Assembly (NCBI RefSeq): GCF_009914755.1
Contig: NC_060926.1
DNA: 64,000 nucleotides
From: the human T2T-CHM13v2.0 reference genome, Homo sapiens
Direction: 5' to 3' (one strand)
Part shown: piece by piece, positions 1 through 17,201 of the stretch
Position numbering within the stretch: position 1 is the first letter of the stretch
Layout: every line of letters starts with the position of its first letter
The notes under the pieces: model-generated
What the model was told of the DNA's origin: nothing
What the model saw: only the letters and a program-made list of their open reading frames with translations
Databases searched by the model: none
Program-made: the position numbers and the translations under genes

Positions 1-88
1 CCGGGAGGCGGAGCTTGCAGTGAGCCGAGATCGTGCCACTGCACTCCAGCCTGGGTGACAGAGCGTGACTCCGTCTCTTAAAAAAAAA
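1..88 (+). mobile_element. Alu 3' end (AluY-like)
   Basis: gagcttgcagtgagccgagatcg...ccgtctc followed by an A tail. Confidence 0.9.
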
Positions 89-288
89 GTCATTTTTCAT
101 AAAATGTGTTATTTATGTTAACATGTAAGGAGTTTATTTTTTAATTGATAATTTTTAAAAACTTCTCAATTTTAATTTCAAATTCAGTAAATAGCAACAC
201 ATATAACCCACATAACAAATGCACCTTAGGATTCTCAATGTTGTAGAATATAAATGGATCCTGAGATTTAAAAGTTTGAAAACCACTG
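89..288 (+). mobile_element. hAT-Charlie (Charlie1-like) DNA transposon end
   Basis: ...cctgagatttaaaagtttgaaaaccactg resembles the Charlie1 terminus. Confidence 0.6.
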
Positions 289-329
289 GCCTAAAACAAT
301 AACTAGAACACAATAGTAAATTATGTTGC

Positions 330-540
330 ACTGAACACTTACAATGTGCCAGTCTTTTGTTAAATGTTTTTATACTTATTTATGTCTCAAAACAATGTTA
401 TAAGGTATTATTACTAGTACCATTTTATGCATGAGAAAACAAGTAATTGAGAGGGATCAAGGCACCTATTTAAAGTCACAAGGAGCAGAGCCAGTCCTTG
501 AACCAAGATCATGTGCCTCCAGATCTCATACTCCTGACCA
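330..540 (-). mobile_element. MIR
   Basis: cattttatgcatgagaaaac...aagtcaca...agagccagtccttgaacc MIR core. Confidence 0.6.
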
Positions 541-3500
541 AAATTGATAGTATAATAAAGGAATGCTAAGTTAGAAACAAGGCAAACAGTGTCATCCTAG
601 GTGACTACATCTAAAATTATCAAGGCAATAAGAAGAAGCCAAAATACAAAGCCAAATGAATTGGGGATTGAAGGGAGATAACCTAAGCAAGCTCATATGA
701 GCAGGAGAAAGACCAGGTCACCTTCTCAGAGGCAGATGCAGATGCCTGAGGAAATACTTCAAGTGCAGTCCACAAGGGCCCGACAACTATCACTAGGCTA
801 AACAATGAACAATAATAACCCTGAGGTATCTGGCTTCAAGCCCAGCTTCCAGGACAACAAGCTGGTATCCCTTATGGTCAGGTTCATTCACGATGCTATT
901 AAAGTCTTCTCCTTGCTGCTACTGGTTTCCTTGTAGCTCAAGCTTGAGTATAACCTTCAATGAAATGTTTAGGATGTTCTCTGGTTCCCGTGTCCAAAAA
1001 GAGTTGTCATCTCACTCAAACCATCAAGTCCAAGAAATATCTTCTCTCTGACCCACGGCAGGGTGATATCCTGATGCTTCATCACTCCAATAAGCTTAGT
1101 GACAAGACAGGCACTTACTGTCTGCATCTCAAGAAGGAGTCCTGTAAGGTCAAGAACAGTAATCCCTAACCCAATTTCAAATTCCCCTAAGCTAAACATT
1201 CCTGCTAGAATATGCAGACAGACTTTCTAAAATCTTGGAATTTACACTTCCTGTAATATTTAGTCTATGAATCACTTTGTTGGGGATGATTAATAAATGA
1301 GTGATCTAGGATTGGGAAGAAAAAAAGAAGGTGAAGTGGGTGGCAGAGCAGTAGTCGTAGTTTGAGCTATGCAGCATTCAGACAATGGAAGTTGGAGCAA
1401 AGAAAGTAAAGTGAGATCTTGGAACTGTCCTCCTCACTCACTCTATTAGGAGGGAGGGAGGGTGGCCATAAAGTCAGGTTGATTCAGTGCCAAGGCTAAG
1501 CGTTATCACGTAAGGAATTATACTACATAACCTTATCAGAGAGAATGTTTAACAAATTCTGACTCAGCTATGCATAAGGAAGATCAGAAATAGAAAATAT
1601 AACCCCTTAGTATGCATAATATCTGCATCCACAGAAAAAGTGAATTAATAAACATATTCTCCAAATTTTAAATGAGGGAGATCCTGAAAAGTTCCTAATA
1701 TAATCACTGATATTCTCTTTTTCTAGTGTTCTATCCTCATTTTATATCAAATATAAAAAGAAAATTAAAGCTTTCATAGCTTTACTAGTGACCCAGGATC
1801 ACCCTAACACTATTTTTGCCTTGAACTCTTCAGTTGTTCAACCACAAATTCTTCCACACTGGGTCATCACAGTAAAAGTCTAAGAGTTAGAAAGAGAATG
1901 CTGGATAACAATGATTATGCTCTCTGGTATCTTCCACAGTTGAATGGGCTACTGTGCAATCTGCATGCCTCCTTCCTACTATAACCCATGCTTCAACATA
2001 TGATATGCAGAACTATCATGACAACATTTTGCCAGATCATGAAACAGAAAACATACATAATAAGCACAGTTATTCAGTGTTTTAGATGCCACAGAGCACT
2101 GTAAATCTTCCTGATGATATCAGTAGACCAACTCAGGCTGCTGGAAGCCCATTCACAAAACACGGTTTTTTCAGGAAGGGCAGAAACCTAGGCAGGAGGT
2201 GACAAAATATACTTCAAGGCCAGGGAAGCTAATGACTGAAAGTAAGTTCTGGGATATTTTCTATGCACAAGCAAAACAAGAGAAGACAAAGTGATGAAGA
2301 AGCAGCAGCAAAAGCAAGCAAAAGATGAAGGATGCCTGGGCACTTCACTTCTGGGTGCTCAGGAGGAAGAGAAGTTACACATTTTCAGCCAGGTTGATGT
2401 GAGTTTCAGGACTGACGATGTGGACCCACCCCACTTTGTGCTGCCAGCTTTGGCAGTGCAGGACAGCGGTGAGAAGTGTGGGCCCTGGAAGTCTGGAAAC
2501 CTGTCTCTACCAGCACTTACTAATTGTGAGTCTGACCCAGGGCACGTCAATTGGACAAATGAATATTAGCTATTGTTATTGTTATTATTATTACCATCAA
2601 AAAACCTTTTACCTTTATTCCTGAAGTATCTGACATTAAGGAAATTTCCAGGGAAAGAAATATAGATGTAACTAGAAAGCTATATGAAGAAATATGTGAA
2701 TTAAAGTACTACAAGGTATCTCTTATATGAACATATGTAAACAGAATACCTAGAGGTCTCAAGATATCATACTTTAAAGAATTTTCCAAAATGCCCTTAT
2801 TTAGAAAATATTACTTCTTTTTTTCCCATTTCCACTTCAGGACTCAAAATACCGTGACAATGCCAAACATACTTCACATATGAAATGTTACAGTCCAATA
2901 GGTTTACTAAAATGGAAAGGTGGATAATCGGTTTGTTTTAAAATATTCAAATAGAGTCTTCTTTTAACTCCAGACTTGATGTGGATTTCTAATAAGCAAT
3001 ATTATTTGTTATTCAAAAAGCAGACTGAGTGATTTATGTCACGCAGCTGTGAACAAGCATTTTGTTGAAAATATCGTCTGCATGCTTTACTGCACTAACA
3101 CTGTTGGAATGCCCGCAAGGATGCTGAATACTAGGAATTGAAAAGCAAAAGGTCATTGTCACTGGAAAATGAAAAAGTTATCTGATTCAAACCCACATCA
3201 AGCACAGACAAATGACAGCAATGAAAAAACATTTTCATGTGCTTTTACCAGTCTGCAAGAGAGAATTATTTATCTCTAATAAGACTTTTCAAATTCCCAT
3301 AATATAACAAAAAAATGAATTTTTACTGTTCACAAGTGACAATTAGATCAAATTGTTTTCTCATAAATTTTTAAATATTGGCCTACTCTTCAAAGTCAAG
3401 GCAAATATGCTAGTAGTAAATGTTTTCCCAGCACCAATAAAATGTTCAAAAATAAGGGTAATAATAAAGGTAAATAAAATAAAGGTAAGAGTCATATACT

Positions 3501-3656
3501 TTTGTTCATATCATTAATAAACACACAACCATGAGATTGGTTTCCTTCATGCACATATAACATATATGAAATAATTTCAGAAAACTTGAGTTCTCAGTAT
3601 ATACGCCTGTAACTTTAAGTTCTGATTTTCTGCAAACAGGCCATAAGAAATAATTA

Positions 3657-3658
<2 letters not shown>

Positions 3659-3692
<34 letters not shown>
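3659..3692. repeat. (AC)17 microsatellite
   Basis: Direct read. Confidence 0.95.
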
Positions 3693-3696
<4 letters not shown>

Positions 3697-4029
3697 CAAA
3701 TCGACACAAGCTACACTGACCACTGGAGTTAACTGTTGTAGCAATCTTGCCTAACAGACAAGGAAAATAATGTATGTATTTTACTGCTAAATGTAACATT
3801 TTCTGAAAGCATAAGAATTTCTAAGAAAACCCCTGGTGGCAAACAACTGCATATTATTAACTTCACTATTTTATTCCTCTACTGCTCAGTAGCAAAAAGC
3901 TGACACAATCATAATTAAGCTAAACTAACAATTTAAAAATATGTATTTATAGTATAAATGCAAGTACTTCCTCTAAAAGGGACATCTACTGGGGGGAAAT
4001 GGTTCTTTGCATGTGTGTTTGAGAGCCAA

Positions 4030-4310
4030 ATTTTCATTTCTTAGATTTTTTTAATTTTTAAAATATCCAAGCCTACTAAAACATTGAAAGAATAGTACAA
4101 GAAATCAGTATTCTTTCATCTAAATTCACTAATTGTTAGTACTTTGTCCTATTTGTTCTCCCTTCTCTATATTATGCCCTCCCCAAGCACTTCAAAGTAA
4201 GTTGCAGGCATGCAACACTTCACCTTTAAATCATTCAGCACTTACCTACTAAAAAAACAAGAACCTTCTTCAATACAACCACGAAAACATTATCACACCC
4301 AAGAAATTAA
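4030..4310 (-). mobile_element. Old L1 3' end (L1MC-like), left part; continues at ~6863-7350
   Basis: aagtaagttgcaggcatg...cattatcacacccaagaaattaa is typical of L1MC4/5 and resumes after the piggyBac insertion. Confidence 0.55.
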
Positions 4311-4606
4311 CCCTCTGTACCTGGAAGAGCAGTCATTACCATTTACCACCCAGGTCCATAAGCTCTTTTAATTTATATAAATTTTAGCCAGGCAAAAAAA
4401 ACAAAACAAACAAAAAAAAAAAAAACAGAAGCAATGATAAGCTAGAATCTATTTGATATAAACTAGATGTATTTGAAGCCTGGAATCAGTATTTACATAA
4501 ATGGATATATCCCAGGTTCATACATGACAGAATTAATGAGCAGTTAGTTGATGAGACTTCAAAGAATGCTGCCCTTTTGGGATATATATCTTTAAAACAA
4601 ACAAAA

Positions 4607-4962
<356 letters not shown>

Positions 4963-4995
4963 TTATGTTTCACTATCCTTTTATTACATCTGTAA

Positions 4996-5292
<297 letters not shown>

Positions 5293-5842
5293 TGCTTCTG
5301 GTTTTGCTTGCACTTGCCCTGTCAAAATGCAATCAAGATTCCAGACTTCAAAAGTATCTTCATTAAATTCTAGTTTATCATTACTTCTGGTTTTTCCTCT
5401 TGCACTTGCATCTTCAAAACAGAATACCTTAAAGAACTCAGATGGCTCATAATTTTGTTGAAGAAAAGAGAGCCATCTTCTTTGCTCCATAATTGCAAAA
5501 TATTTTTATTTTTAGATTTATAAAAACCAATTAAACTGATCAATCCAATAAAATCGTTCATTTCTATATCACTCATTTCCTTCCAGTCATTGTTATACAC
5601 ACACCTGTCTTTGGCATCTGTCCACTAAATAACCGCATCAAGTAAATTCTGGTGCACAAACATCATAAAAGATGAAAAAATACTGTCAATGGTCCTATTA
5701 GCAAACGGGATGGTCCAGCATCTTGCTGCAATAAAATCCTTCCTGTTGAATGACTATGTGAGTTTGAATACTATTTCTCCTTCTGTCCTTAGACACATTG
5801 TTCACTGTCAATTCTTGAGTTTGATGAAATTCACCTTAGACA

Positions 5843-6015
5843 ACTAGGTTGGCAAACTTCTGTGAAGTTTCAGAAAGTAGATATTTTAGGCTGCAAAACA
5901 AACCCGCCTGTCTCAACGACTGAACTCTGCTTTTGTAGCAGAAAAGCAGCCATAGACAATATGTAAATTAGTGGACATGGCTTTCCTAATAAAACTCTGA
6001 CCAGCTTGTCAACCT
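5843..6015 (+). mobile_element. MER58A-like hAT MITE
   Basis: ggttggcaaact...ctctgcttttgtagcagaaaagcagccatagacaatatgtaaat. Confidence 0.7.
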
Positions 6016-7121
6016 TAGACCTAGGATATCATCATCTGATAATCTATATTGACATTTCTTCTATATAATCAATTTAACCATTATCATTAGAGTCCAGAGT
6101 GCCATTACCTGTTCACCTGATTTGTCTAATAATTAGAAAAATCTTCCTCTGTCAAAGAATTGCTGTTTGCCAATATGGGCTGAAAATAAACAATTAAAAG
6201 TTTTCAACTGTGTTTAACAAAGTGTGTTCAATGAAAATTTAACAGACAACAAAGACAGTGTCTTCAGGCTGCCTTTATACCTTGTTGAAGATGATGCAAC
6301 ACCTTGGGCAACGCAATAAGAAAACTGAAGGATGACACAATCGGATCATGTATTTCACAAATACAGAATTCTTTTGTTTGATTTTTATGTTAGTCTTTTT
6401 ACTTGTAGTATAATTGGGAGTAATTCATAAGCAATGAGCAAATAATTCCTAGGATGATGGAGTGGCAAAATGTTTCAGGATAAGATCACTAAAATCCCTT
6501 CATGAGGCTTACATTTCTAAAGGGACCTGTGTGGTAATTGCAAGATATAATGACTTTTGGCTGCTCCAATGGTAGTGGGTTATCAAAATTTATTAACATT
6601 AGTTCACTAAAGTTGATATATAACCCCCCATTGCTAAATCTGACTGGCTTTAAAATGAAAAAATAAATAAAATGTTTAAAAGATATAATGACTTTCATTC
6701 TATTAAAAACAGGTAAATTGTTTTCTTTGTTCTGTGGAAGACCTCTAAGAAAAAATAAAAGTAATGAAATGTCAAAGTATATAAAGATTTAGAACTGTTC
6801 AAAAAAGAAACTCAAAAATTAATATTGGGCAAAAAGGACCCTGATGGTATATTACAGTTTAAACATATCATCAAGTATTTCCAATTACGTGAAAAATGTT
6901 ATTTTATTTTGTTCTTTGATCCAGGATCCAATCAAGGTTCATGCATTGCTTTTGGTTACCATGTCTCCTTAGTTAGCGTTCTTCAACCTAGAACATTTCC
7001 CACTCCTCTAGGTTTTAAAAACATCTTTCATGACAATGACATCTTTTTAAAAATCTAGACCAGCTGTCTTGTAGAATGTCCACAATCCGTATTTCTGTGA
7101 TTATTTCCCCATGATTCAGAT

Positions 7122-7271
7122 CAGGATCTGCTAGATAATTTGCAAGCCCCTTGTTCAAAAATTATTAAAAATTTCAAAATGGCAGCACAGGGCATTAAAC
7201 AAAGAATGAGGTCTCTCTGCGTGTGGGCCCTGAGTGACTGCGTAGGTCACATGCCAATGAAGCCAGCCCTG
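7122..7271 (-). mobile_element. MER45A-like hAT-Tip100 element
   Basis: cagg...gaagccagccctg termini; 8-bp TSD attcagat/attcaggt. Confidence 0.7.
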
Positions 7272-7352
7272 ATTCAGGTTAAACATTTCTACAAACCTAC
7301 TTACTACACAGGTAATGGCTCATACTTTGCCCTGCACCACATTGAGAGACTA

Positions 7353-7490
7353 ATCCATTTTGTAAATACTAATTCCAGGCTCCAAATGCATCTCTAATCA
7401 ATTCTAGTTTATTGTTATTTCTGGTTCTTTTTTCACTTACATTTGTCAAAATGCAATAAAGATTCTGGATTTTAAATATATCTTTAATAA
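7353..7490 (-). mobile_element. Second Looper/piggyBac transposase fragment
   Basis: Reverse complement encodes NNKLELIRDAFGAWN*YLQNG, homologous to 4430-4505 and 5295-5400. Confidence 0.7.
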
Positions 7491-7685
7491 CTTTTGATAG
7501 TGTGAAATGTAGCTAACGATACACAATCATTTTAAACTGTTCCCATCATGTTATCCTTTGTCCTTCCAGACTGACCAAACCAGTAATAAAATGTTTTCAA
7601 AATACTCTGGAAATTAGAATGATAGCCAGACCTTTAGTGACTGAAGAGAAAACAAATCTAGATCACCATCAATCAGATAAAATCT

Positions 7686-7880
7686 CATCCATTCACTCCT
7701 TCATTCATCCATTCATCAAACATGTATTAAGTACCAACTAGGGCTAAATTGCACAGAGAAAAACATGAGTAAAGTACAGTCTCTGTATTTGAGAATTCCA
7801 TAGTTTAGGGTTGAAGAAAGACATTAAATAATCACAATGCAGCATGAGAAAAGCTAGACTAGGGTTGTTAATGGATACCA
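7686..7880 (-). mobile_element. L2 3' end
   Basis: cattcatccattcatcaaacatgtattaagtacc. Confidence 0.55.
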
Positions 7881-8288
7881 GAAGGATAGCCAATTTCAAG
7901 TCGAGGCATCATCATTTACTAAATTTTATGAACAGTCAAGATATTTTACAGTGGAATTACAATGAAAGAAAGCACTTTGAAAATAAAATTATTAAGTAAT
8001 ATAGGAAAATGAGAGGTGTTAGCCTTATCAACCATAATAACTTGTTATTGGAATTTTTACATAGAATAATTATTCCACTTGATAAAATACTCAGCAATGG
8101 AAGGTTTTCTGGATTGCACACTTATCTATTTTTAAAAAAAGAAAGATCAATTTACTAATATATGACTTAAGCCAGAATCTCAGTCCTCTATTTTCTTTCT
8201 CTACAGTCAACTCAGGAAACCTGCTTATTGGCAGGCTCTGGTTATGTGCAACCCAAGGGGTACAAGGCAATATTTAAGATGTACATAG

Positions 8289-8737
<449 letters not shown>

Positions 8738-10551
8738 TTATATGTACCATCTGACTCTCACTTCTCTATAGGGGAAGGAGAAGTTGTTAAAGTCCTAAGA
8801 GTAGAAATGCTTCTGTAAAATAAATAACTACAACTGTTGGCATTTTTATGTTATTAGGGTATTCTTTTTCTCAAGTCTAAGTGAACAATAAAAGCTAATG
8901 CTTTGAGAATAAGAGAGGCTATTAATACTGACCAACACACCCTCTGCTATCTCTAATTCACCCAGGGAATTACTCAACAGCAAGACTTACGTAAAAAAAA
9001 GTTTTCACTCTAGAAACCAATGTTTGGTTTCCTTGCTTGTTTACTTGAAAACAAAATACAAAAAAACTCCACAAACCCCCACATAGCAGTTTAATTTCCT
9101 GCTATAATTGCATTTGATCAAGTATTTGGTATATAAACACTGTATTTAGTTCCACTTCTTTGCCGCTGTGAGCTCCTCAGAACATAAAAATACCCAGAGT
9201 CCTGTTTATACATGTGAAAATTTTTAGTCTTTTTTCCCGTTTTTAAAATTATGATTTTAAAATTGTTTTCAAATAGGAACATGCATTATTGGTTAAAAAC
9301 AATTCTTCAATTCCTAATTGAAGAATTAAGCTTAAAGTAAAATTGGAAGCACAAATGATTTAAAATTCAGGTGAGATATGCCTGGTTTCCTAAGAGTGAT
9401 GAAGATGCTCTGTTTTTCCTTGACTACAACCAACCAATCAGTAATAATTAGCAGTAGACATCTAAAAAGCATGAGATACATTTTTTTAAATGTGTAGATT
9501 GTTGCAAACTTGCAAATGAATCTAAACTATGATATTCTGTATGTTAGAAATACCTGAGGAAAAACTACATTGAAATTATCACTCTTCCAGTGACTTGTAA
9601 TCATGTAATTTTGAAGGAAAAACTCCAAAGATAGTTTGCAACTAAACAGAAAATATGACTTAGCTAGAAACAATAAAGTAAGACACTCAAGCTAATTTGC
9701 AAATTTAAAAACTGCTTAAAGCTTCCATAAAGAGATCAGGTTGAGAATTAACCTTAGATGTAAAATTTCACCAAATTTTGCACTGTGGATATAGTATAAT
9801 CCACATTTAGCAAAAAGAAGGAAACCAAATTAAAGAAAGGTGCCATGATCAAATGATATTTTTCAATGTGCTCAAAGATCTATTTATTGAGAAAGCTAAC
9901 CTGGATCTTTCACTTCGAGTTGGATAAACGAATCCTAAAAATTGGGTCTTTGTATATTTATAAAAATAATATTGATGTAGACATGTCATTTTGCAAAATG
10001 CTTGCCAATAAACAAAGAGATGTGAGATCAGCTAAAAAAAAATTCATGGGTGTGGGCTATAAGCAGGTAAAATTATTGTCAAGTTGTCAGCATTAAGGCC
10101 ACTGAGCACCCCAGAAGCTACTGTATCATCACAGAACCATTATCTTTTGTTACTGAAAACATTCCTTTAACAAATTTTTGAGACAGTAAAAGATGCTAAC
10201 TTTTGAGTAAGCAACTCTATTTTTCATATGACAAAGCAATTTAACTTCTCAGCAGATGAAACATCTATTGCATTCCTACTAAAGATGAAAACACCGTCTG
10301 AGCTATTCAGCATCCCTCATGACGAATGCCTGAACATGTATCACAAAGCAATAAAATAAATTCTTCTAATTTCTGTTAACAGACTTATACATGTCTGAAT
10401 ACTTAATTCAATGAAGTTTTCCATAAGTAACAGTTCATCAGCATTTTGCCCATTAACTTAGGAAGCAATTGTAAATATTTTTTTCCTGATGATATGAAAT
10501 ACTCTATTAAAAGTAGACAAACTGTGAAGTACAGTATCAAATACACACGAA

Positions 10552-11304
10552 TTTTTTTTTTATTATTATACTTTAAGTTTTAGGGTACATGTGCACAACG
10601 TGCAGGTTTGTTACATATGTATACATGTGCCATGTTGGTGTGCTGCACCCATTAACTCGTCATTAAACATTAGGTATATCTCCTAATGCTATCCCTCCCT
10701 GCTCCCCCCACCCCACGACAGGCCCCGGTGTGTGATGTTCCCCTTCCTGTGTCCATGTGTTCTCATTGTTCAATTCCCACCTATGAGTGAGAACACGCGG
10801 TGTTTGGTTTTTTTGTCCTTGCGATAGTTTGCTGAGAATGATGGTTTCTAGCTTCACCCATGTCCCTACAAAGGACATGAACTCATCATTTTTTATGACT
10901 GCATAGTATTCCATGGTGTATATGTGCCACATTTTCTTAATCCAGTCTATCATTGTTGGGCATTTGGGTTGGTTCCAGGTCTTTGCTATTGTGAATAGTG
11001 CCACAATAAACATACATGTGCATGTGTCTTTATAGCAGCATGATTTATAATCCTTTGGGTATATACCCAGTAACAGGATGGCTGGGTCAAATGGTATTTC
11101 TAGTTCTAGATCCCTGAGGAATTGCCACACTGACTTCCACAGTGGTTGAACTAGTTTACAGTCCCACCAACAGTGTAAAAGTGTTCCTATTTCTCCACAT
11201 CCTCTCCAGCGCCTGTTGTTTCCTGACTTTTTAATGATCGCCATTCTAACTGGTGTGAGATGGTATCTCATAGTGGTTTTGATTTGCATTTCTCTGATGG
11301 CCAG
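10552..11304 (-). mobile_element. 5'-truncated young L1 (L1PA4-like): ORF2 C-terminus + 3' UTR
   Basis: ORF 10663-11328 is L1 ORF2p C-terminus ([13 protein letters not shown]...). Poly-T at left; TSD caaatacacacgaatt / caaattcacactaatt. Confidence 0.95.
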
Positions 11305-11729
11305 CAAATTCACACTAATTTTTAACATAAAACATTTAATTTAGAGAAATTCCAGAGTTCTGGCTATATCACTTTGTGACCCAGAAATGTCCCCCAGTAA
11401 TCCTTAACCCCACCCATTCACTCTCTTCCTCCTTTGCTGGCGAGTATCAAAACAAGTGTAAGGTTAGGATGCTGTGGGTCACTTTTTCTGTAAGCAAGAG
11501 CACACACATACCTTTAGCTGCTATTGATATATTTCAGCAGTTTAAAATAAACAGTTATATATCAAGAAATATTGTGTTCTTTTTTTAATTTAAAATTTAA
11601 AACATATTTTAAAATACAGTTTTCCCTCACATGTACAGCCTCCTCCCTTTCCCCCACCAATGAGATTCAGAAGCATTTTACTTGGCTAAACTGGATTCTA
11701 ATGAAGACTCTAGTATTACAAAAACATTT

Positions 11730-12050
11730 TATAACCACTACCAAAGAGAAAAAAGAAGACATTAAAAAAACACAAGGGCAAAACTAACTTATAGTGTTAG
11801 ATGTCAGGATAGTGATAAACTCTGGGGAGGCAGAAGAGGGCAGTGACTAAGAGAGGTTTTGAGGGGGACTATGCTAGTAATGTTATATCTTTTGACTTGA
11901 GTAGTACTTACATAGATGTGATCAGTTTGAAATTAATCATGGAGCTTATGATTGCTGTATTTTACTTTTTTAGTTCTTTTTATGTTTTACTTAAATACAC
12001 TTATGCATTGTATATTTTATATGTGTTACACTTTTGTTTTAAAAAAAGTT
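11730..12050 (+). mobile_element. Old L1ME 3' fragment
   Basis: ggcaaaactaacttatagtgttagatgtcaggatagtg... Confidence 0.55.
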
Positions 12051-12303
12051 GTAATCTTTTAGGAATAAATGAGCATGACTCCTTACAGTTCCACTGTTCT
12101 TAGGTTAACATCAGTAGTTTTACTAGACTAAGTGTGAGGGGGATGTGATAATTATCTTAAAAAGTGCTTGCCATGGGCCAAAAAAACCCAGGGAGGTCCC
12201 ACATACATGAAAACAGGGATCAGAAAAGAAATGAGCAAAATGTATCTGAGCATAGAATCAAACTTCAGAACTCATACATTCATTAAAAAAAAATAAGCTA
12301 GAC

Positions 12304-12612
<309 letters not shown>

Positions 12613-13097
12613 CTAGCCAATCAGTCAGCCAACTGAAAAGACAAATCCTTTCATTGACAACTGCATACATGTCTACATTTTCACAAGAGATGATGGGAAA
12701 GACTCAGAAAGAACAAAAGTCAGTTTGAGCTATTTAATTTTCACTTGGTCTCAAATGTGGACTATAAATCTAAACAGAGAAAAAAAGGGAGCATCTACTG
12801 CTCCACGCAAGTTTTTTTTTTTTTCATTTTCAGAAATTTCTTAGAATTTAATTCTGGAAAAAAATAACTAGAAATAGGCACGTTTGAAAGCTCAATCTTC
12901 ATTTTATCCATGGGGAAAATAAACACTTTTAAAATAAGATCTTTCAAAGATGTCAGTGGATGAATCTGCTCTGTGTGCTATGTGTATATCCCTTACATCT
13001 GCTCCTACATATAATACTCTCTGATCCATGTTTCTCAAGAAGTTCCTTAGTTCTAAAATTAATTTACCTTAAATTAACGTTTCTATAAATTCAATGA

Positions 13098-13422
<325 letters not shown>

Positions 13423-15292
13423 GTGTTTTATTAGCTTCTAAAAAGAGATCTTGTGCAAAATAGTATCACATAAATGATGGTAACCTGAAACTGAACACTA
13501 AACCCTTGACAGAAGAAAGGGCAAGCTAACAAAGGAATAGTTTTCAACGTGCAGCCTCCTCACAGAACATATTCATTATGCAAGCTTAGCAGCCAGTACA
13601 TACAAAATCGTTTTTAAAAAGAAACCTGTATTGATTCTTTCTTCATATGTAATAGATTCTTTCTTCAACAAACCTTCACAAGAATGAAGAAAAAAAATGA
13701 GTGCTTTCACAACTCTCTAAAATACATGGTTATAAGCTTATATTTAGATTTTTGCAAGTCTTAGGTTTCAAGAGAAAGTTCCTTGGGCTTTTCTTATTCT
13801 ATGATATGTCTTTGATACTATTTGCTTGATGATTTTTATGATGAGGCTGAGAAAAATCAGAATGCTATAGACCTAAACCTAATTTGCTCTAGATTTTAGT
13901 TGATACACTTTAATGTTTTAGTCTTCTATGAACATGTAGCTCTTTCCATTGAAATTATTGACAAGATTTCAGAAAGCAATAAACAATATAAAACTTCCCT
14001 ACCAACCTCAACATAATTTCAACATCATTCCCTTCCCTAATGACAATGTTAATGTAAACAGTAAACATCTAAAGCAGTATTAATTGTCAAATATACAAGA
14101 GTAAAAAAGAAGCCTAATTTAATTAACACTGTGATTGGGTAGATTCCTGTCGTCCTTCATTACCATTCCACTTATTAAATTTCATTCATAATTAAAAATT
14201 ACATAATATATTCCAACTACATCATCTTGTTTTTAAATAAAAAATAACAGTTACTTTAGAGCAATTACTAATACCCATTGTTCTAATAAATGTCCATATT
14301 TTAAGATGTCTAGAAATGAGACATATAGACTACAAGCCTCATAAATCATATTATTACTTTAAAAGTAAAGGCAAACATAGTGAATGCAGGCAGCCCTTTG
14401 TATTCTACAGATCCCAGTGTGTTTTACGGATCTTCAACAAAGGATTTTGGCTCCTATACCGGAAATGAACACTGTTTAAAATGTTAAATTGAAGCTCATC
14501 AATTTCAAGGAGTCTTGACTAAAGCTTCTAGAAATCTAAACTTTAGCATTTTAAGGGCATAAATATTTAGATGTTCCTTCTTAAATTTTGCTGCATTTCC
14601 ATAAGTTAAGGAAAAACAGAGGAAACAAGTTGGCAAGTGCCATCTTGTGGACTCTCTGGAAAATGTTTTCACTCTATTCATCAGTATAATTCCAAAAGCA
14701 AATCATTATAAATGTTCAATACAATATTCCCAATAATCAAACTGTTACTTTAATTTAAATTAAAAGGTTAATTTTCCAGGGTCCAAACATCCATAACTAT
14801 AATAAACTGCAATTGTGGATTTGAGATTAGATTATTCTAAATCATGTGAAATATTTATAGCCAAACCGTCACACTGGATCCCTATATTATCTTCAGGAGT
14901 TATGCCACAGAGATATATTATGTAATGAAGCTTGAGAATCTGATATACCAAAGAAATTTAAAAAGCACCTACTCAGCAGAGAAGTTAGAATTACTCTCCT
15001 AATTTTATAATATAGCGAACACAGCTATAGAATACACCTTGCAAAAGAAAAGGGGGCCCTTTGTTTTTCATAAAATATAAACCAAAAAAGTTACCAAGAA
15101 TTCTAAAATATAGTGGAACTAATGAATAGACACATCCATAGATCCACCATATGTGTATGCCTAATAACCAAAAGTTTACAGATTAAGAGTTAAGATACAT
15201 AGTATGTAAAGACGAAAACAAACACAAGACTAATACGAAAGAAAACACCCCAGAGTCACAATGTCCATGATTCTCTTTAGACTTTAGAAATA

Positions 15293-16035
<743 letters not shown>

Positions 16036-16116
16036 TAGTATGGTTTTATTATTTCACATAGCAAGAAAGAGGAAATATTAACATTCTAGATTTACATGGC
16101 ACTGCCATATACATAG

Positions 16117-16488
<372 letters not shown>

Positions 16489-16833
16489 AGGTTATAATAT
16501 TCTTTTACAGAGGTAAGTAAGGAGAAACTGCTTTTATTTCACTTTTTAGGTTGAAGGGAGACAGATTTTAATAACTGTTGAGACTACATATTTAGATGAT
16601 GGCAATTTTATATAGATGTGTTGTCTTCTTAGACCTGGTTATTGACAGTCAGTTTTACCTTATCCAGGATGAGGGAGAGGGAGATGTGAGTTTTAACTAT
16701 GGTGAGGATGGTCTAAACTGAGAAAGACCAAAAAAAACCCTCCAAAATTTTCACATGCTAAAGAACACTAACATGCTAGTACATAATGAGACTTTCCAAG
16801 TATGAGTAAAATTGGGCCATAAAAAGTGACAAC

Positions 16834-17201
<368 letters not shown>

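Noticed and set aside
600-1400. Moderately GC-rich segment with overlapping 69-76 aa ORFs
   Set aside because: No recognisable protein similarity. It may be an ancient repeat that I cannot assign, so it was not called.
10663-11328. 221-aa ORF
   Set aside because: C-terminus of L1 ORF2p in a 5'-truncated L1PA, not a host gene.
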